Assembly (NCBI RefSeq): GCF_964188315.1
Contig: NC_135657.1
Location: 62,806,001-62,870,000, forward strand
From: Podarcis muralis
Lineage: Eukaryota
DNA length: 64,000 bases
Direction: 5' to 3'
Part shown: positions 60,556-64,000 of the stretch, one piece after another
Position numbering within the stretch: position 1 is the first letter of the stretch
How the letters are laid out: every line of letters begins with the position of its first letter
Made by a program: the position numbers and the translations under genes
The notes under the pieces: model-generated
Seen by the model: only the letters and a program-made list of their open reading frames with translations
The model's database searches: none
What the model was told of the DNA's origin: nothing

Positions 60556-61569
60556 ATGAGCTCTGCTGTGGAAGCAGCCCCACTTTGCTTTAAGATTAAT
60601 GGCTCCTGCTACCGAACCCTCCATCCCTTTGGGGTCCAGCTAACCATCTACGTGGTCTGTGCCCTGGGCATGCTACTTACAGTCCTGGGGAACCTGCTGG
60701 TGATTATTTCCATCTTCCACTTCAAAATCCTTCACACCCCCACCAATTTCTTGCTGCTCTCCCTGGCGCTGGCAGACCTCCTGCTAGGCTTAACAGTCCT
60801 TCCCTTCAGCACAATCCGCTCAGTGGAGAGCTGCTGGTACTTCGGGGATGCCTTCTGCCGTTTCCACACCTTCCTGGACACTGTCTTCTGCTTGGCCTCC
60901 ATTTTCCACCTCTGCTTTATCTCCATCGACCGCCACTGTGCCATCTGCGACCCTCTGCGCTACACCACCAAGTTCACTGTGAGGGTCGCTGGCGTCTACG
61001 TCGTGGTCGGGTGGGGAGTCCCTGTGCTTTACACGTCCATCTTCCTCTATAGCAAAAGAGTTGAGGAAAGTTTAGGCCAGTTCTTGCAGGACATGCCTTG
61101 CGTTGGGAGCTGCCAGCTGCTGTTCAACAAACTCTGGGGCTGGATAAACTTCCCACTCTTCTTCTTCCCCTGCCTCATCATGGTAGGGCTGTATGTCAAG
61201 ATATTTATCGTGGCGACCAGGCAAGCCAAGCAGATAAACAGTGTCAATCAGAGAGCTGGGTCCATGCGTCGGTCAGGAGCGACAAGGCGAGAAATGAAGG
61301 CAGCGAAAACACTGGGAATCGCTGTTGGCATCTACCTCTTATGCTGGTTGCCGTTTACCGTGGACACGATGGTAGACAGCCTTCTTGATTTCATTACCCC
61401 ACCTGTTGTGTTTGATGTTCTCATTTGGTTTGCTTACTTTAATTCAGCCTGCAACCCTTTGATTTATGTGTTTTCCTACCACTGGTTCAGGAAAGCTGTA
61501 AAGCTTGTTTTATCCCGTCAGATCTTCTATACAAGAACGTCTACTGTGGACTTGTACCAGGAGGAATAA
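60556..61569 (+). CDS. TAAR5: Trace amine-associated receptor 5 (337 aa)
   Basis: Intact 7-TM ORF; TAAR5-typical DRHCAICDP, MPCVGSCQLLFNKLWGWINFP, GIAVGIYLLCWLPFTVDTMVDSLL, NSACNPLIYVFSYHWF, C-terminus TVDLYQE. Confidence 0.97.
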   Translation: MSSAVEAAPLCFKINGSCYRTLHPFGVQLTIYVVCALGMLLTVLGNLLVIISIFHFKILHTPTNFLLLSLALADLLLGLTVLPFSTIRSVESCWYFGDAFCRFHTFLDTVFCLASIFHLCFISIDRHCAICDPLRYTTKFTVRVAGVYVVVGWGVPVLYTSIFLYSKRVEESLGQFLQDMPCVGSCQLLFNKLWGWINFPLFFFPCLIMVGLYVKIFIVATRQAKQINSVNQRAGSMRRSGATRREMKAAKTLGIAVGIYLLCWLPFTVDTMVDSLLDFITPPVVFDVLIWFAYFNSACNPLIYVFSYHWFRKAVKLVLSRQIFYTRTSTVDLYQEE

Positions 61570-63319
61570 CCCAGAGGTGCTAGCTTACTACATGGCTGGA
61601 TACTACCCAGAGATGGAGGGGTCAGGAGATCTGGGGCCTAGCACAAAAGGCTTGGGATTCAGATCTCCTGGACCATCCCATGGACCAATGCCCATGGCTG
61701 AAGTAATTTTGGTCACAACCACACCATACATTTAAACAACTCTTATGCTGCTTTAAACATCATGGCTTCCCCAAAAGGATTCTGCAAACTTTAGTTTGCA
61801 AAGGTTGTTGACCCCACAGAATTACAATTCCCAGCACTCTTAACAAACTACAGCCTCCAGGATTCTTCATGACTGCTAAATTGGTATAAGAGTGTTGTAA
61901 ACGTATGGTGGCCATAGAGTGAGAAAAATGTGAAATTAAACGTAACCCTGTAAGCAAAAGATATGGCGAGGAAAGGGACTCATTGATTGCTTTATTAATA
62001 CAGTATGTATGTATGTATGTATGTATGTATGTATGTATTACCATAAGATTAATTCATTTTAGTAATGGATTGAAGTGCTACCAAATGAAAAGAGAAAGTT
62101 ATCCAAACACGGTAACAGTTAAAAGTACTGAAGCCAAAATAGGACTGAAAGCCCAAATGGATTTTATCAGTACAGTAAACACCTTGATTTTTGGTTGATC
62201 ATTCAGTAGGAGCCTACTTTCAGGGTACGTTTTATTCAGTTTGCTTTTTGAAATGATATTGGTGCATCATTGTAACAAAGGATGATAAATAAAATATTAA
62301 ACTGATTTCAATTGTAAAAGTTTGCTTTCTTTTTAAGTCACCTCACACTTTTGTCAATATTTGTCAATATTTCTCAAGTTGTTGACAATATTTGGGAAAT
62401 ATATTTAATGGTCAATCAATTGATCAATCAAGATGATTAATGGACTAAAATTCTTTGCCCGGCTGAGAATATTTCTTGCAACAAGTGCTTTCTATCTTCT
62501 CTTTCCCTCCCCTCCTCTCCTTTGGAGATTTTGCTCCAGCAGGATGCATCAGCAGTTTCTTCTGTGAATCATGACATCTGTGATTCTATCCACAAAGCCT
62601 CTCAATAATTATCACAACTTATTTCATAAGAACGATTATTTCCATTTTTATTTGATTGCTCTTCTGTTTGCATATATTGAGCAAATGTGACTGTCTTTGT
62701 GGAAATAGATTGTCCTCTGACCTGAAGAAATATTTAAATAGCAGAAGCATATTTTCAGCTTCAGCTATAATTATAGCAGCAGCCAAATCTGCTCACCTAT
62801 CTCCTGGCAGCCCTGCTCTCCTGGGCCCTTGCCTTGCCTTGCCTGACCTTGGGGAGGGGAGAATGGACACCAGATGTGGACACTTTGAAACATGTGGCCC
62901 ATAGACCATAATGAGTGCTGGGGTTGCACTCAAGTTTTCAGTAGTACATTTCTGAGAAAAATTCAAAGTGTTGGTGCTGACCTTTAAAGCCCTAAACGGC
63001 CTCTGCTCAGTATACCCGAAGGAGCGTCTCCACCCCATCATTCTGCCCAAACACTGAGGTCCTGCGCCAAGGGCCTTCTGGCAGTTCCTTCACTGTGAGA
63101 AGCGAAGGTACAGGGAACCAGGCAGAGGGCCTTCTCGGTGGTGGCACCCGCCCTGTGGAACGCCCTCCCACCAGATGTCAAGGAAATAAAGAACTATGTT
63201 CACAACGTTTAGAAGACATCTGAAGGCAGCCCTGGTTAGGAAAATCTTTAATGTTTCATGTTTTATCGTGTTTTTAATATTCTGTTGGGAGCCTCCCAGA
63301 GTGACTTGGTAAACCCAGC

Positions 63320-63467
63320 NNNNNNNNNNNNNNNNNNNNNNNNNNNNNNNNNNNNNNNNNNNNNNNNNNNNNNNNNNNNNNNNNNNNNNNNNNNNNNNNN
63401 NNNNNNNNNNNNNNNNNNNNNNNNNNNNNNNNNNNNNNNNNNNNNNNNNNNNNNNNNNNNNNNNNNN
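63320..63467. other. Assembly gap (148 N)
   Basis: Run of N at the 3' end of an L2 copy. Confidence 1.
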
Positions 63468-64000
63468 CTTCCCACTCCCTTCTCTATCTTGGGTTGTTCT
63501 TTCCCCTGCTTCTGCTCCCTCATCTCTTTTTCTCCTCCACCTTCCCTGCTCTGCATGCTGCTTGTTTTTGAAGGCATGGAGGTTATAGTAGGTCGTTGAA
63601 TGGGTGGTTGGTTAGGATTTTTAAGTGATCGGTTAGGATTTTTAAAATGCTATATCCAATGCTATTTTTCTAAAAAAAAAATATGTTTAGGGGTACTCTC
63701 ATTTTTACTCAACAAAATCACCATTTTATAGTTCAAATTGGGAAAAATAAATACAGTAAATGGACAAAAGTACAAAGAACATGCATTACCTCCACACATT
63801 CCACACTACTTCACACACTGATGATTCACCGTGCTATAGAAGAATTAAAAAAAAAATTATTAGTTTCTTCTCCTGTTAGATTCACAAAATGTTTAGGTAC
63901 CCTACATTCCCCCCAGAAAAAAGCACTGATTATATCTTCCCAACAGGTTAAAATGTTAGCAGATTTAAGAGTAAATTCAGCAGTATAAGTTATGTTGAGA

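Noticed and set aside
2846-61569. Functional coupling between vanin-generated cysteamine and neighbouring amine receptors
   Set aside because: The synteny is known and ancient; nothing in the sequence supports a ligand-receptor link.

Overview
Vertebrate (not prokaryotic) genomic DNA. The repeat content (Sauria/Squam-type SINEs, BovB, L2, CR1, L1, Tigger- and hAT-type MITEs) points to a squamate, most likely a lacertid lizard. The window covers the conserved vanin-TAAR synteny block, with all genes on the + strand. In order: (1) the last five coding exons (3-7) of a vanin/pantetheinase paralog ('vanin A', 2846-8920; exons 1-2 not found, presumably upstream); (2) a complete 7-exon, 499-aa vanin at the VNN1 position ('vanin B', 15865-25455); (3) single-coding-exon TAAR1 (42361-43362), TAAR2 (50532-51566) and TAAR5 (60556-61569). 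No TAAR3/TAAR4 ORF lies between TAAR2 and TAAR5. Two assembly gaps (34444-34611, 63320-63467). Most other ORFs in the track are repeat-derived or spurious. No CRISPR, rRNA or bona fide tRNA was seen. Best leads: vanin A has a remodelled catalytic loop (MTCADVLNYREP instead of [11 protein letters not shown]); both vanins lack a GPI tail; a homeodomain/O-E/TTGCATCA motif cluster between TAAR1 and TAAR2 may be a reptilian counterpart of the mammalian TAAR enhancer; and an old ~1-kb duplicated non-coding module sits where TAAR3/4 would be. All comparisons with mammalian proteins and motifs are from memory, not database searches, and repeat boundaries are approximate unless a TSD/TIR is quoted.
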